A stretch of 64,000 nt of DNA from an uncultured Gammaproteobacteria bacterium (GCA_963841065.1 CAWJBI010000031.1:80674-144673), one strand, 5' to 3'; positions 1-10,640 are shown, numbered from the stretch's first letter. Notes: generated by a model not told the origin, from the letters alone. Numbers and translations: made by a program.

Positions 1-1128
1 GTCGCCAACGAGCTCTCCGGTGATCAACTGGCCGCCGGTGTCATCCGGGCCCTGCGCGAGGCGCGGCCCGATATCAGCTTCATTGGCGTGGCTGGGCCGC
101 GCATGGCCGAGGCGGGCTGCGAGACCCTGCTCGATCAGGAGCGCCTGTCCGTCATGGGGCTGGTCGAGGTTCTGCGGCACCTGCCGGAGGTCCTGCGCCT
201 GCGGCGCCAACTTGGCGACTATTTTCTGGCCCATCGCCCGGATCTCTTCATCGGCGTGGACGCGCCGGATTTCAACCTGACCCTGGAACGGCGCCTGCGC
301 CGGGCGGGTATCCCCACCGCCCACCTGGTCAGCCCCACGGTCTGGGCCTGGCGGCCCGGGCGGGTCAAGGGCCTGCGCTCCGCCGTCGATCTGGTTCTGA
401 GCATTTTCCCCTTCGAAGAGGACTTTCTGCGCGAGCGGGGCGTGGCCGCGCGCTATATCGGCCACCCCCTGGCGGACGAGATCCCCCTCGAAACGGATCG
501 GGACGCGGCCCGTGGGGCCCTGGGTCTGCCCCGGTCAGGCCCGGTGATCGCCCTACTGCCGGGCAGTCGCGTCAGTGAGGTCAAGCTGCTGGCCCGTCCC
601 TTCATCGAGACGGCCGCCTGGTGCCAGGGGCATAAACCCGGGCTTGCCTTCGTGGTGCCGCTGGTATCCCCGCGCCTGCGGGGCCTGTTTGAAGAGATCC
701 TGGCGCGGACTGGCCTGAAGGTCCCCCTGACCCTGGTCGATGGCCGGGGGCGCGAGGCCATGATTGCCGCCGATGCCGTCCTGACCGCCTCCGGCACCGC
801 TACCCTGGAGGCCTTGCTGCTCAAACGCCCCATGGTGGTCGGCTACCGGCTTGATGCCTTCGCCTATCGCCTGGTTAAGGTGTTCAACCTTATTAAGGTC
901 CCCCAGGTCGCCATGGCGAATATCCTGGCCGGCCGTGAGTTGGCCCCGGAATTCATCCAGGACCGCTGCCGGGCGGAACTGATGGGGCCGGCCCTGCTGG
1001 CGCTCATGGCGGATGAACCCCGGCTGGCCGAGATCCGGGAGACCTACGCCGGCATCCATCGGCAACTGCGCCTGGACGCCGGTCGCCAGGCCGCCCAGGC
1101 CTTGCTGCAACTGGCCGCTGGCCCTTGA
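1..1128 (+). CDS. lpxB: lipid-A-disaccharide synthase LpxB, 5' end cut by window edge
   Basis: Frame 1 is open from base 1, and track ORF 88..1128 is its in-frame tail. GT19 blocks [27 protein letters not shown] and LLPGSR are present. Stop TGA 1126-1128 overlaps the next ATG, the classic lpxB-rnhB pairing. Confidence 0.9.
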   Translation, partial: VANELSGDQLAAGVIRALREARPDISFIGVAGPRMAEAGCETLLDQERLSVMGLVEVLRHLPEVLRLRRQLGDYFLAHRPDLFIGVDAPDFNLTLERRLRRAGIPTAHLVSPTVWAWRPGRVKGLRSAVDLVLSIFPFEEDFLRERGVAARYIGHPLADEIPLETDRDAARGALGLPRSGPVIALLPGSRVSEVKLLARPFIETAAWCQGHKPGLAFVVPLVSPRLRGLFEEILARTGLKVPLTLVDGRGREAMIAADAVLTASGTATLEALLLKRPMVVGYRLDAFAYRLVKVFNLIKVPQVAMANILAGRELAPEFIQDRCRAELMGPALLALMADEPRLAEIRETYAGIHRQLRLDAGRQAAQALLQLAAGP

Positions 1129-1730
1129 TGGCGCCCGGCCCGGCCCCTGGGCTAACCGCGGTCCTCATCGCCGGCATCGACGAGGCTGGTCGCGGGCCCC
1201 TGGCCGGCCCCGTCACCGCCGCCGCCGTCATCCTCGATCCCGACCGGCCCATTCCGGGCCTGGATGACTCCAAGCGCCTGTCCCCCGCCCGGCGCGCCCT
1301 CCTGGAGCCAGAAATCCAGCAGTTTGCCCTGGCTTGGTGTGTGGCCAGCGCCAGCCCCGCAGAGATCGATACCCTCAACATCCTCCAGGCGACCCTGCTG
1401 GCCATGCAGCGGGCGGTCCAGGGTCTGGCGTTCCCGCCGGATCGGGCCCTGGTGGATGGCAACCGCTGCCCCGCGCTGAGTTGTCCCGTCGGGGCCATCG
1501 TGGGCGGCGATGCCAAGGTCGCCGCCATCTCCGCCGCCTCCATCCTGGCCAAGGTCGCTCGGGACCGGGAAATGGCGCGGCTCGACCTTCTGTATCCGGG
1601 CTATGGACTGGCCCTGCACAAAGGCTACCCGACGCCAGCCCATATCGCCGCCCTCCGGGCCCTGGGTCCCAGTCCCATCCATCGGCGCTCCTTTCGCCCC
1701 GTGCGCGAGGCCCTGGACCTGTTGGACTGA
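1128..1730 (+). CDS. rnhB: ribonuclease HII
   Basis: ATG at 1128 overlaps the lpxB stop. Active-site block [14 protein letters not shown] and DDSKRL are present. About 200 aa. Confidence 0.9.
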   Translation: MAPGPAPGLTAVLIAGIDEAGRGPLAGPVTAAAVILDPDRPIPGLDDSKRLSPARRALLEPEIQQFALAWCVASASPAEIDTLNILQATLLAMQRAVQGLAFPPDRALVDGNRCPALSCPVGAIVGGDAKVAAISAASILAKVARDREMARLDLLYPGYGLALHKGYPTPAHIAALRALGPSPIHRRSFRPVREALDLLD

Positions 1731-1888
1731 AAGGGGCCGATGGGAAGGTCCGGGCGGCGAATTTCGCGGCTGAGCGGTGACTCGGAACTGTGACTCGGGC
1801 AGATGAACCCCTGGACCCGCATTGAACAGCCGGCATGCCGAAGATACACCGGGAGCGACTGCATCGTTACTTAGGCGGCACTGGACCG

Positions 1889-3172
1889 TCAGGCCCCCGG
1901 CGCGCCGATCTGATCGGCGAGATCCTTGAGGGTCAGGCCGGCCAGGGCCTGGTGGCGGGCCTCGTCGAGGCGGACCTCGATGGCGGTGGTGGCGGGATCG
2001 ACTGACTGGGGCGGGTCGGCGCCCAGGGTCTCCGGGTAGCCCCGGGCGAAGTCCAGCAGCCCGGTAAGGGCCAGGGTGTCGGGGGCGCGGCTCGGGACAT
2101 AACGGCTAGGTTCCCCGGCGGTGCGCACCAGGTAGCCGCCGGCCTCCAGCAACTCGAGCCTATTCCCGACGAGGGTGCTGGGCAGTCCCAGGGCCTGGGC
2201 CAGGCTGTCCCTGTCCCAGGGTGGCCCGCCCTGGTAATGGCGATGGGCCACCTGTCCCGCCACCGCCAGGGTCCAGCGCTCCTGGAGCTGGCAACTGGGT
2301 CGCGCCTCCCCGTCGGCCGTCGTCAGGTATTCCGGGTGCTGGAGGTAAAAGGCGAGGCTGGCGCCGGCCAGAAGGATGAGCCAGGCAATATGGACCCAGA
2401 TCATGAAGAGGATGGGGATGGCGAAGCCGGAATAGATGGCGGTGAGGTGGGTGGAACCGGCCATGAAATAGCCGAAGCCCCAGCCCGTGAGCCGCCACAG
2501 GGCCGTCGCCGCCAGGGCTCCCACTAGGGCGGGGCGGAACTGGACGCGGGCCTGGGGTAGCGAGACGTAGATGAAGGTAAAGGCGGCGGCCAGTATCAGG
2601 TAAGGAAGCAGCCAGCCGAGGAGGGCCAGCAGCCCGGACCAGGGGGCGCTGGTCTGGATGGAACCGGCGAGACCCGTGGCCGATAGAAACAGCACCGGGG
2701 CGACCAGGATGACGGTCAGGTAATGGCTGAAGCGATTGGCCAGGGATCGCGGTCGGGCGACATGCCAAATATGGTTGAAGGCCTCCTCGGTCTTCTGGAT
2801 CAGGGAGACCGAGGTGTAGATGAGGAGCACCAGTCCCAGGGTGCCCAGCACGGCGACCCGGGCGTTTTCGACGAATTGGATGAGCTGGGTGCCGATGATC
2901 TTGCCCGTCTCTCCCAGGGGTACCAGGGCCTCCAGGAGTAGGGGCTCCACCCGGTTATGGACGCCGAACCCCTTGAGGACGGAGAAGCTCACCGCCAGCA
3001 GGGGCACCAGGGAGAGGAGGGTGGTATAGACCAGCCCCATGGCCCGCAGACTGAGCTGACCCTGGGTGAAGTCGCGCACCAGGGCCCGGGGGAGGGGCGG
3101 TAGTCGCAAGGCCAGGCGCGCGATGAAATCCGTCTCCGCGTCAGGGCTGGCGAGGTCAAGAGGCTGGGTCAT
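1889..3172 (-). CDS. YihY/BrkB-family inner membrane protein with soluble C-terminal extension
   Basis: 427-aa ORF with several hydrophobic segments. The N-terminal block RAMGLVYTTLLSLVPLLAVSFSVLKGFG is typical of the YihY family. The last ~130 aa are hydrophilic. Confidence 0.75.
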   Translation of the reverse strand: MTQPLDLASPDAETDFIARLALRLPPLPRALVRDFTQGQLSLRAMGLVYTTLLSLVPLLAVSFSVLKGFGVHNRVEPLLLEALVPLGETGKIIGTQLIQFVENARVAVLGTLGLVLLIYTSVSLIQKTEEAFNHIWHVARPRSLANRFSHYLTVILVAPVLFLSATGLAGSIQTSAPWSGLLALLGWLLPYLILAAAFTFIYVSLPQARVQFRPALVGALAATALWRLTGWGFGYFMAGSTHLTAIYSGFAIPILFMIWVHIAWLILLAGASLAFYLQHPEYLTTADGEARPSCQLQERWTLAVAGQVAHRHYQGGPPWDRDSLAQALGLPSTLVGNRLELLEAGGYLVRTAGEPSRYVPSRAPDTLALTGLLDFARGYPETLGADPPQSVDPATTAIEVRLDEARHQALAGLTLKDLADQIGAPGA

Positions 3173-3347
3173 AGAGGCTGCTCCACAAGGCTAAGCCGCA
3201 AGAGGCCGCCACTCTATACCGATCGGGGGGTAAAGCGCTCGATTTTGGCCCGGCGGGGCTACAATAAGGGCCCCATCGGCACCACCTTTATCCCACCGAC
3301 TTGTCCTTGGCGGTCATCGCCAGGCCTTTCCCGCCCTACCGGACCCC

Positions 3348-4046
3348 ATGAACGAAAGAACCATGCCCATGTCACGGACACCTTCCCGCTGTTACCCGGA
3401 GCGCCCCTCACGTCACCTGGGCCGGCTGCTGAAAGCGGTCCTGACCGCCAGCCTCCTGGCCCTGACCACGATCGCCCTGGCCGCGCCCAGCGGCGAGGCG
3501 CGCTTGAAGGACTATCTCAAGGGGTTGAACACCCTCACCTCCGAATTTCGCCAATACACCCTGAGCGCCGATGGCGGGCGCATGATCGAGTCCGAGGGTA
3601 CCTTCTATCTCCAGCGGCCCGGTCGCTTCCGGTGGGAGTACCGGGCGCCGATGGAACAGGTCATCGTGGCCGATGGCGATCGGGTCTGGCTCCATGACAT
3701 CGAGCTGGATCAGATCTCCCACCAGAGTCAATCCAGCGCCCTGGACGGCACCCCGGCCCAGTTGCTGGCATCCAACGAACCCATCGATCGCCATTTCGAA
3801 ATTTTCACCTGGGACCCCGGCGATGGGCGTGACTGGGTGGAGCTGCAACCCAAGAAGGCGGATGGGCAGGTCACCCGCATCCGTATCGGCTTCATTGGCG
3901 AGGCCCTGGATACCCTGCTGATGGAGGATAGCTTCGGCCAGATCACCCGCTTCAGCTTCCTGGACACCAAGCGCAACCCCAAGCTGGACCCCAAGCTCTT
4001 CAAACTGGACAGGCCCATCGGCGGAGACTTTCTCGAGATCCAGTAG
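3348..4046 (+). CDS. lolA: outer-membrane lipoprotein carrier protein LolA
   Basis: Signal peptide, then SEGTFYLQRPGRFRWEYRAPMEQVIVADGDRVWLHDIELDQ, a typical LolA core. It abuts rarA, whose ATG at 4047 follows the TAG directly. Confidence 0.85.
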   Translation: MNERTMPMSRTPSRCYPERPSRHLGRLLKAVLTASLLALTTIALAAPSGEARLKDYLKGLNTLTSEFRQYTLSADGGRMIESEGTFYLQRPGRFRWEYRAPMEQVIVADGDRVWLHDIELDQISHQSQSSALDGTPAQLLASNEPIDRHFEIFTWDPGDGRDWVELQPKKADGQVTRIRIGFIGEALDTLLMEDSFGQITRFSFLDTKRNPKLDPKLFKLDRPIGGDFLEIQ

Positions 4047-5399
4047 ATGGCGGCCCCTTCCTCGGCAAGTCCGGCCACCCACGCCATGGCCCCCCTGGCG
4101 GAGCGCATGCGTCCCCGCGCGCTGGCGGAATTCCGTGGCCAGGCCCATCTGCTCGCCCCTGGGAAGCCCTTGCGCCGGGCGATCGAGATGGACCGGCCTC
4201 ACTCCATGATCTTCTGGGGGCCGCCGGGCACGGGCAAGACGACCCTGGCGCGGCTGCTGGCGGGCTCTTCCGGTTGCCACTTCATGCGCCTCTCGGCGGT
4301 CCTCTCCGGGGTCAAGGACATTCGCGAGGCGGTGGCGGAGGCCCGGCGGGTGCGGGCCGCGGACGGGCGGGGCAGCATCCTCTTCATCGATGAGGTCCAT
4401 CGCTTCAACAAGGCCCAACAGGATGCCTTCCTGCCCCATGTGGAGGAGGGGACCCTGGTCTTCATCGGCGCCACCACCGAGAATCCCTCCTTCGAACTCA
4501 ACAATGCCCTCCTGTCCCGCGCCCGGGTCTATGTCCTCAAGGCCCTGGAGCTCGAGGACCTGGAAGGGGTCATGGATCAGGCCCTGGCGGATCGGGAGCG
4601 GGGCCTGGGGCAATTGGGGTTGACCCTGGCCCCCGAGCAGCGACGGGTGCTGGCGGAGGCGGCGGATGGCGATGCCCGCCGGGCACTCAATCTGCTGGAG
4701 TTGGCGGCGGACCTGAGCGAGGGCGGGGAGATTGGCGAAGGGGTGGTGACGGAGGTCATCGCCGGTCATGCGCGCCGGTTTGATAAGGGCGGCGATATCT
4801 TTTATGACCAGATCTCCGCCCTGCACAAGTCGGTGCGCGGCTCGGCCCCGGACGCGGCCCTCTATTGGCTGGCGCGCATGATCGACGGCGGTTGCGATCC
4901 CCTCTATATCGCCCGGCGGGTGGCGCGCATGGCCAGCGAGGACATTGGCAATGCCGATCCCCGGGCGCTGGAGTTGGCTCTAAACGCCTGGGATGTGCAG
5001 GAGCGTCTGGGCAGTCCCGAGGGGGAGCTGGCCATTGCCCAGGCGGTGGTTTATATGGCCTGCGCGGCGAAGAGCAATGCCGTCTATCTGGCCTGGAAGG
5101 CCGCCCAGGAGGATGCCCGCCAGTCCGGCTCCCTGGAGGTCCCCGTCCATTTGCGCAATGCCCCGACCCGGCTCATGAAGGAGCTGGGTTATGGTCATGA
5201 CTATCGCTATGCCCATGATGAGCCGGAGGGCTATGCCGCCGGCGAGGTCTATTTCCCCGATGGTCTGCGGCCACGACGCTATTACGCACCGGTGGATCGT
5301 GGGTTGGAGATTCGCATCCGGGAGAAGCTGGTGCACTTGCGGGAGCTGGATAGGCTGGCGCGGGCGGGGTCTGGTGCTCCTGTCCGGGGGACGCCGTAA
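4047..5399 (+). CDS. rarA: replication-associated recombination protein A (AAA+ ATPase RarA/MgsA)
   Basis: Walker [20 protein letters not shown], and the C-terminal MgsA block [23 protein letters not shown]. The last 11 codons and the TAA stop lie inside the palindromic element 5366-5467. Confidence 0.9.
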   Translation: MAAPSSASPATHAMAPLAERMRPRALAEFRGQAHLLAPGKPLRRAIEMDRPHSMIFWGPPGTGKTTLARLLAGSSGCHFMRLSAVLSGVKDIREAVAEARRVRAADGRGSILFIDEVHRFNKAQQDAFLPHVEEGTLVFIGATTENPSFELNNALLSRARVYVLKALELEDLEGVMDQALADRERGLGQLGLTLAPEQRRVLAEAADGDARRALNLLELAADLSEGGEIGEGVVTEVIAGHARRFDKGGDIFYDQISALHKSVRGSAPDAALYWLARMIDGGCDPLYIARRVARMASEDIGNADPRALELALNAWDVQERLGSPEGELAIAQAVVYMACAAKSNAVYLAWKAAQEDARQSGSLEVPVHLRNAPTRLMKELGYGHDYRYAHDEPEGYAAGEVYFPDGLRPRRYYAPVDRGLEIRIREKLVHLRELDRLARAGSGAPVRGTP

Positions 5400-5467
5400 A
5401 TCCATCCCTGGAGGCCCGGGCATGGCATCCCTGCCATGCACGCCCCCGGACAGGAGCACCAGACCCC
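5366..5467. repeat. nested-hairpin palindromic element, copy 1 (25-bp perfect outer stem + 52-nt core)
   Basis: GGGGTCTGGTGCTCCTGTCCGGGGG (5366-5390) is the exact reverse complement of 5443-5467. The core 5391-5442 aligns without gaps to 19563-19614 (37/52 identical) and forms two hairpins with TCCC loops. Confidence 0.75.
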
Positions 5468-5602
5468 GCCAATGAGGATCTGGCGGCTAGGTACCCCGGG
5501 AGTAACGGCTGCCCGGCCTTGGCAAGGGCCGCGATCACTGGGGGTGTTTTGCTGGGTTTAGGAAATATTTTTCGATCGTAACATATTGATGCGGCGTCAT
5601 TA

Positions 5603-6445
5603 ATGCCAAAACCGTCGTTTTTGGTCGTAATTGATGTGTGGACGACAGGACGGTTTAGCATAGCAACCGGGCTCGGGCTCGGCGTTAGGCTTGCCTGCCT
5701 TACCTTGTCCTTGAGCCAACTAAAACCAAGGAAAATAATAACTGGAAGTCTTCTGACCGTGGACCCATTCCCTAGCCTTCTGGCTATCCTGCTCCTGTGT
5801 GTCACCCTTTTCCTCAATGTGTCAGTGCCAGCAGCGCGGCCGTGTGTCTGCGTCCACAGCGTCGAGTCCTTGCAGAACACCCTCACGACCGCCGCCGCCA
5901 ACGCCCAGGACGACGAGGTCCGGATCATCCAGGGCACCTATGTGGGTAACTTCTTTTATGCCAGCACCCAGGCCAACCGGTTGAGTGTGCTGGGGGGTAC
6001 ACGGTGGGTTGCGCCGGTCGCACACTCGATCCGGCCAATACCCTCCTGGATGGGAATCAGACCAATACCGTACTGGCGCTTTCGGCGCCGGATGTGGCCG
6101 CTGAGTTCCTGGTGGAAGGGCTGACCTTGCGCAAGGGGCAGCCCACGTCTGTCAACGGAGGGGGCCTCTATGCGCGAGTCGGTAACGACGGCGCAGTGAC
6201 GGTCAACCGCAATCGCATCGAAAATAATACGGTCATCGGCGACGGCGGCGGTGCCGCTATCTCCGCTACCACCGTCATCCTCGCCCACAGTTGCCACCGT
6301 CCTGACCCAGGGCCTGGGCTCGGATGTCTCGACTGCCAGCGAATCATCGCGACTATGGGTTATTATCGACGGTCTCCAGTGCCTACCAAAGCTCACAGGG
6401 AAGTTCAAGTTTGGCGATGAGGTGCTGGTCGAGTACGCCCAGTAA
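5603..6445 (+). pseudogene. degenerate remnant of a secreted right-handed beta-helix repeat protein
   Basis: Recognisable pieces lie in three frames: a signal-like LLAILLLCVTLFLNVSVPAA; then VESLQNTLTTAAANAQDDEVRIIQGTYVGNFFYAS; then (frame change near 6000) GCAGRTLDPANTLLDGNQTNTVLAL...GGGLYARVGNDGAVTVNRNRIENNTVIGDGGGA; then a short tail ending 6445. It is far shorter than typical proteins with this N-terminus and is embedded in lower-GC DNA. Confidence 0.4.
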
Positions 6446-6491
6446 TTGGCTATCGGTCTTGTGACTCCGAAGAAGTAACCCCCAGAACACC

Positions 6492-7754
6492 ATGGATCCC
6501 AGTCAGGCTCATTCACCCAACCCCCACCAGGAACTGCCCCTGACCCTTGTTCTGCGGGTATTTTTACCCTTCGCCGCAGGCTATTTCCTGTCCTATCTGT
6601 ACCGAACCATCAACGCGGTGCTGGCCCCGGAGTTGGAGTCCGCCCTGGGACTCGATGCCGCCGCCCTAGGGCTGCTCACCAGTGTCTACTTTTTGACCTT
6701 CGCGGCCTTTCAGTTGCCCCTAGGCATCCTGCTCGACCGGTTCAGCCCTCATAAGGTGGAAAGCCTGCTGCTGGTGTTGGCTGCCGCCGGTGCCCTGCTG
6801 TTCGCCATCAGCGATAGCCTGGGGGACCTGGTATTCGGGCGGGCGCTGATCGGCCTGGGGGTGTCGGCCTGCCTGATGGCCAGCCTGAAAACCTTCGTCT
6901 TGTGGTTTCCACCCCAACGCCTGCCTGCGGTGAACGGCTGGGTGCTGGCGGCTGGCGGTTTGGGTGCCCTGACCGCGACCACGCCGGTGGAGTGGGCCAT
7001 GGACCTTACCTCCTGGCGGGGGGTCTTCGCCGGCCTGGCGGTTTTGACCCTGCTGGCGGCGGCGGTGCTGTTCCGGGTGGTTCCGGACAAGCCCGCATCG
7101 GCTCATGCGGGGGACTGGCGGGTTCAGTGGCGCGGTATCGTGGCGATATACACCAGCCGGGTATTCTGGCGTCTGGCCCCCATCAGCCTGCTGGTGATGA
7201 GTACCCACATGGCGATTCAGGGTCTCTGGGCGGGGCCCTGGCTAAGGGATGTGGCGGGTCTCGACCGGATGGCGGTGGCGGATCACCTCTTCTGGGTCGC
7301 GGCGGGCATGGTGGCCGGTTTTTTGTCGATCGGCACCCTGGCCTATCGTCTCAGCCGTCTGGGGATTCCACCGGTGGCGGTCTCGATCGGCGGCGTGGTC
7401 ATTTTCCTCGCGCTGCAGTTGATCCTGGCCCTGGGCTATACCGGCGCTACCCTGCTGATCTGGCTGGGCTTTGGCTTCTTTGGCACCTCCGCTAACCTCA
7501 GCTATGCCGTCCTGTCGCAGACCTTTCCGCGGGAATTGGCCGGGCGGGTGAACACGGCCCTGAACCTGCTGGTCTTCGTGGGCGCCTTCGTCATGCAGTG
7601 GGGCCTGGGCGCCGTGATTGGACTCTGGCCGGCCACCTCCGGGGGCTATGCCCCCCATGGCTACGGCGTGGCCTTCGGCCTGGTCCTGGTGCTGCAGCTT
7701 GCCGCCTTGGGTTGGTATGGGTTCGCGGGCCTGGGGCGCAAACCCAAGGCCTGA
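6492..7754 (+). CDS. MFS transporter
   Basis: 420-aa ORF with about 12 hydrophobic segments and a glycine-rich MFS-like loop pattern. Confidence 0.8.
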   Translation: MDPSQAHSPNPHQELPLTLVLRVFLPFAAGYFLSYLYRTINAVLAPELESALGLDAAALGLLTSVYFLTFAAFQLPLGILLDRFSPHKVESLLLVLAAAGALLFAISDSLGDLVFGRALIGLGVSACLMASLKTFVLWFPPQRLPAVNGWVLAAGGLGALTATTPVEWAMDLTSWRGVFAGLAVLTLLAAAVLFRVVPDKPASAHAGDWRVQWRGIVAIYTSRVFWRLAPISLLVMSTHMAIQGLWAGPWLRDVAGLDRMAVADHLFWVAAGMVAGFLSIGTLAYRLSRLGIPPVAVSIGGVVIFLALQLILALGYTGATLLIWLGFGFFGTSANLSYAVLSQTFPRELAGRVNTALNLLVFVGAFVMQWGLGAVIGLWPATSGGYAPHGYGVAFGLVLVLQLAALGWYGFAGLGRKPKA

Positions 7755-7827
7755 CGGGAACCGGCCCGGCGGATTTTGTGACGCCCCATTAAGGCGTGGC
7801 GCCTACGCCACGCCTTCGAGCCCTTTG

Positions 7828-9189
7828 TCAGGGCTGTCGGCACCTGGGCGGTTCAGTTAGGCGGGGGTTGTCCAGGGAGTGACGGATCCGCTCCGCGATT
7901 TGACATACCTTCGCCATGATCGCTTCTTCATTCAGGGTGAGGAGACGGCGATCCTTCATCACCAACCTCCCGTTAATGAAGACGTTTTTCACGTCAGCGC
8001 CGTTTGCGGCGTAAACCAGGTGTGAATAGGGATTGTAGAGGGGGGTCAGATGCGGGCTCTGGAGATCAATCATGATGAGATCCGCCTTCAGGCCTGGCTG
8101 TAAAGAACCCGTCAGTTGATCCATGCCGAGGACGCGGGCGCCCTCGCGGGTGGCCATGGCGACCACGGTCGGGGCCGGCATGAGCGTCGGATCGGAATGG
8201 ACGACCTTTTCGAGCTTGGCGGCGGTATTCATCTCCCGAAACATATCCAGGCTGTTGTTACTGGCACAGCCATCCGTCCCCAGTCCGACCCCAATACCCG
8301 CCTTGAGCATGCGGGAAACCGGGGCGCACCCCGAGGCCAGCTTCATATTGCTTTGGGGGTTATAGACCACCTTGCAGCCCTGATCGCCGAAGATGCGCAG
8401 GTCCTCGTCATCCAGATAGACGCCATGAAAGGCAATGAAGCGCTCGTTGAGGCAGCCGAGTTCCTGGAGATAGGGCACGGCCCCTTGTCCCAGCTGGTCA
8501 TGGAGATGGCGCTTTTCCGCGGCATTTTCGAGGAGATGCAGGGCGAGGGGCACCTCGAACTCATCGGCTAGGTTCCTGGCCTCGACCAGCAGGGGCCGGG
8601 AGCAGGTATAGAGGGCATGGGGTTCCACGGCGATGCGGATCAGGGGATCGCCGGCCCAGCGCTCCAGGAGCCCGCGCGTGTAGGCCAGCCCCTCCTGGGG
8701 TGTCTGGTAATTGGGCGAGGGGAAATCGAACAGCACCTCCCCCAAGAGGCAGCGCATCCCGGCCTCTTGGGCGGCCCTCGCCGTCTCCTCCTCGAAGATA
8801 TACATGTCGCAGAAGCTGGTCGTGCCCGACTTGATCATCTCCGCGCAGGCCAGCAGGCTCCCCCAGTAAGCCAGTTCCGGGTCCACGTTCCTGGCCTCGG
8901 CGGGGAAGATGTAATGGTTCAGCCAGTCCATCAGATTCATGTCATCGGCGATGCCCCGGAAGCAGGTCATGGCCGCATGGGTATGGCTGTTGATCAGGCC
9001 GGGCATGATGAGGGTCTTGGTGCCGTCGATGATGTTCTGGCTGGTGAATCGCCCCCGCAATTCGTCTTGGGTTCCCAGGGCGACCAGGGTGTCACCCGCG
9101 ATCGCCAGGGCGCCATCATCGATCCGGGTCATGTGATCATCGAGGCACAGGATCGTCCCCCCCAGGATCAGGGTGTCAACTTCAGTCAT
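7828..9189 (-). CDS. amidohydrolase, MTA/SAH-deaminase-like (MtaD / TRZ-ATZ family), paralog 1
   Basis: 453 aa. Metal-binding motif PGLINSHTHAAMT, plus HLLEN, GTDGCASNN and ADLIMIDL blocks typical of the MtaD/DadD clade. By eye it is somewhat less GC-rich than its neighbour. Confidence 0.75.
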   Translation of the reverse strand: MTEVDTLILGGTILCLDDHMTRIDDGALAIAGDTLVALGTQDELRGRFTSQNIIDGTKTLIMPGLINSHTHAAMTCFRGIADDMNLMDWLNHYIFPAEARNVDPELAYWGSLLACAEMIKSGTTSFCDMYIFEEETARAAQEAGMRCLLGEVLFDFPSPNYQTPQEGLAYTRGLLERWAGDPLIRIAVEPHALYTCSRPLLVEARNLADEFEVPLALHLLENAAEKRHLHDQLGQGAVPYLQELGCLNERFIAFHGVYLDDEDLRIFGDQGCKVVYNPQSNMKLASGCAPVSRMLKAGIGVGLGTDGCASNNSLDMFREMNTAAKLEKVVHSDPTLMPAPTVVAMATREGARVLGMDQLTGSLQPGLKADLIMIDLQSPHLTPLYNPYSHLVYAANGADVKNVFINGRLVMKDRRLLTLNEEAIMAKVCQIAERIRHSLDNPRLTEPPRCRQP

Positions 9190-9228
9190 ATCAGGGCCTA
9201 GAAAAGGGGGAAAGGGGGTGGCATGGAT

Positions 9229-10545
9229 TCAATGTCCGCTCGCGATACGCGCCCGCCAGGCGCGGGCCTCGTCGAGGATCTCCTGGGAGTCCAGCGTCGT
9301 CGGCTGGCCGTCGCGGAGGAGTTGCCGGCCGGCGACCCACACATGACGGACCTGGGAGCCATTGGCGGCATAGACGAGTTGCGAGAGGGGATTATGGATG
9401 GGCTGGGTATTGGCATGGCCCAGGTCGATGGCGACCAGGTCGGCGGACTTGCCGACCTCCAGGGACCCGGTCTCCTCCTCCAGACCCAGGGCGCGGGCGC
9501 CGTCGAGGGTGGCCATACGCAGGGCCTGAGGGGCTGGGAGGGCGGCGGCGGAACCCGCCACGCCCTTGGCGAGGAGGGCGGCGATACGCATCTCGCCCAG
9601 CATGTTGAGTTGATTGTTACTGGCGGCGCCATCCGTGCCCAGGGCGACGTTGACGCCCGCCTCCCGGAGGCGTGCCACGGGGCTGAAACCGCTGGCCAGC
9701 TTGAGTTGGGAGGCGGGGCAATGGATGACATGGGTCCCCGTGGTGGCCAGGAGCTCGATCTCCTCTTCCTCGACCTGGGTCATGTGCACCGCCATCAGGT
9801 TCGGACCTAACAGATCCAGTCGTTGCAGCCGCCGCAGGGGTCGCGCGCCGTGGTCGCGCCGGGACTGGTCAATCTCGTCGGCGGTCTCGTGCAGGTGGAT
9901 GTGGATGGGCACCTCCAGTTCGTCCGCCAGGGTGCGGATCCGTATCAGGGAGGCGTCGGAGACCGTGTAGGGCGCGTGGGGCGCGAAGGCGGTATGGATG
10001 AGGGGGTGGCCCCGGTAGTGGTCATGGAGGGCCAGACCCTGACGCAGGTACTGATCCGGTCCCTCGGCGTAAACGGTGGGAAAATCCAGCAGGATCATGC
10101 CGACGACGGCCCGCATCCCGGCCTCCGCCATGGCGTGGGCGGTGACCTCCGGGAAATAGTACATATCGTTGAAGCAGACGGTGCCGCTCTTGAGCATCTC
10201 CAGGGCTGCCAATCGGGAGCCGGCCAGGATCATCTCCGGGCTCACCCAGCGCTGCTCCGCCGGCCAGATGTAATCTTGTAGCCAGGTCATGAGGGGCAGG
10301 TCGTCCGCCAGCCCCCGCAACAGGGTCATGGCGGCATGGGTGTGAGCATTGACGAAGCCCGGAATCAGCAGGTGCTCGGGCAAGTCCAGCTCCCGGGCGG
10401 TGGGGTAGCGCCGTCGCGCCTCCGCGCTCGGCAGCAGGGCCTGAATACGACCGCCAGCGATAACGACCGCATGGTCGCCGAGGACGGAGTCCTGGGCGTC
10501 CACGGGCAGGACCCATTGGGCATGGATAACAAGATCGGCGGTCAT
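9229..10545 (-). CDS. mtaD: 5-methylthioadenosine/S-adenosylhomocysteine deaminase-like amidohydrolase, paralog 2
   Basis: 438 aa. Motifs PGFVNAHTHAAMTLLRGLADDLPLMTWLQDYIWPAE, HLHET and GTDGAASNN. It is divergent from mtnA, an arrangement seen in other gammaproteobacteria. Confidence 0.75.
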   Translation of the reverse strand: MTADLVIHAQWVLPVDAQDSVLGDHAVVIAGGRIQALLPSAEARRRYPTARELDLPEHLLIPGFVNAHTHAAMTLLRGLADDLPLMTWLQDYIWPAEQRWVSPEMILAGSRLAALEMLKSGTVCFNDMYYFPEVTAHAMAEAGMRAVVGMILLDFPTVYAEGPDQYLRQGLALHDHYRGHPLIHTAFAPHAPYTVSDASLIRIRTLADELEVPIHIHLHETADEIDQSRRDHGARPLRRLQRLDLLGPNLMAVHMTQVEEEEIELLATTGTHVIHCPASQLKLASGFSPVARLREAGVNVALGTDGAASNNQLNMLGEMRIAALLAKGVAGSAAALPAPQALRMATLDGARALGLEEETGSLEVGKSADLVAIDLGHANTQPIHNPLSQLVYAANGSQVRHVWVAGRQLLRDGQPTTLDSQEILDEARAWRARIASGH

Positions 10546-10640
10546 GGCGGACTCGTGATGGTTTGGGATCAGAGGGGGCTCTTCAAAGCCGGCGGGGGCT
10601 GGTTCAGAATAGGCGCCAATTTGCCACAGGATGATCGCTC

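Noticed and set aside
3408-4826. Long antisense or overlapping ORFs: 3408..4826(-), 12289..13851(+), 19799..21193(+), 21197..22924(+), 23208..24689(-), 53122..54750(-), 55353..56741(+), 60437..61402(-)
   Set aside because: Each lies opposite a confidently identified gene (lolA/rarA, the clpC-like gene, aceA, aceB, aceK, parE, rhlE, GT-C). All have the repetitive G/A/R/P/D-rich composition of GC-driven stop-free antisense frames.
5173-5937. 254-aa minus-strand ORF spanning the rarA 3' end, the palindromic element and the AT-rich scar
   Set aside because: It crosses a palindrome and a compositional boundary and has no family resemblance. Part of it merely translates the repeat element.
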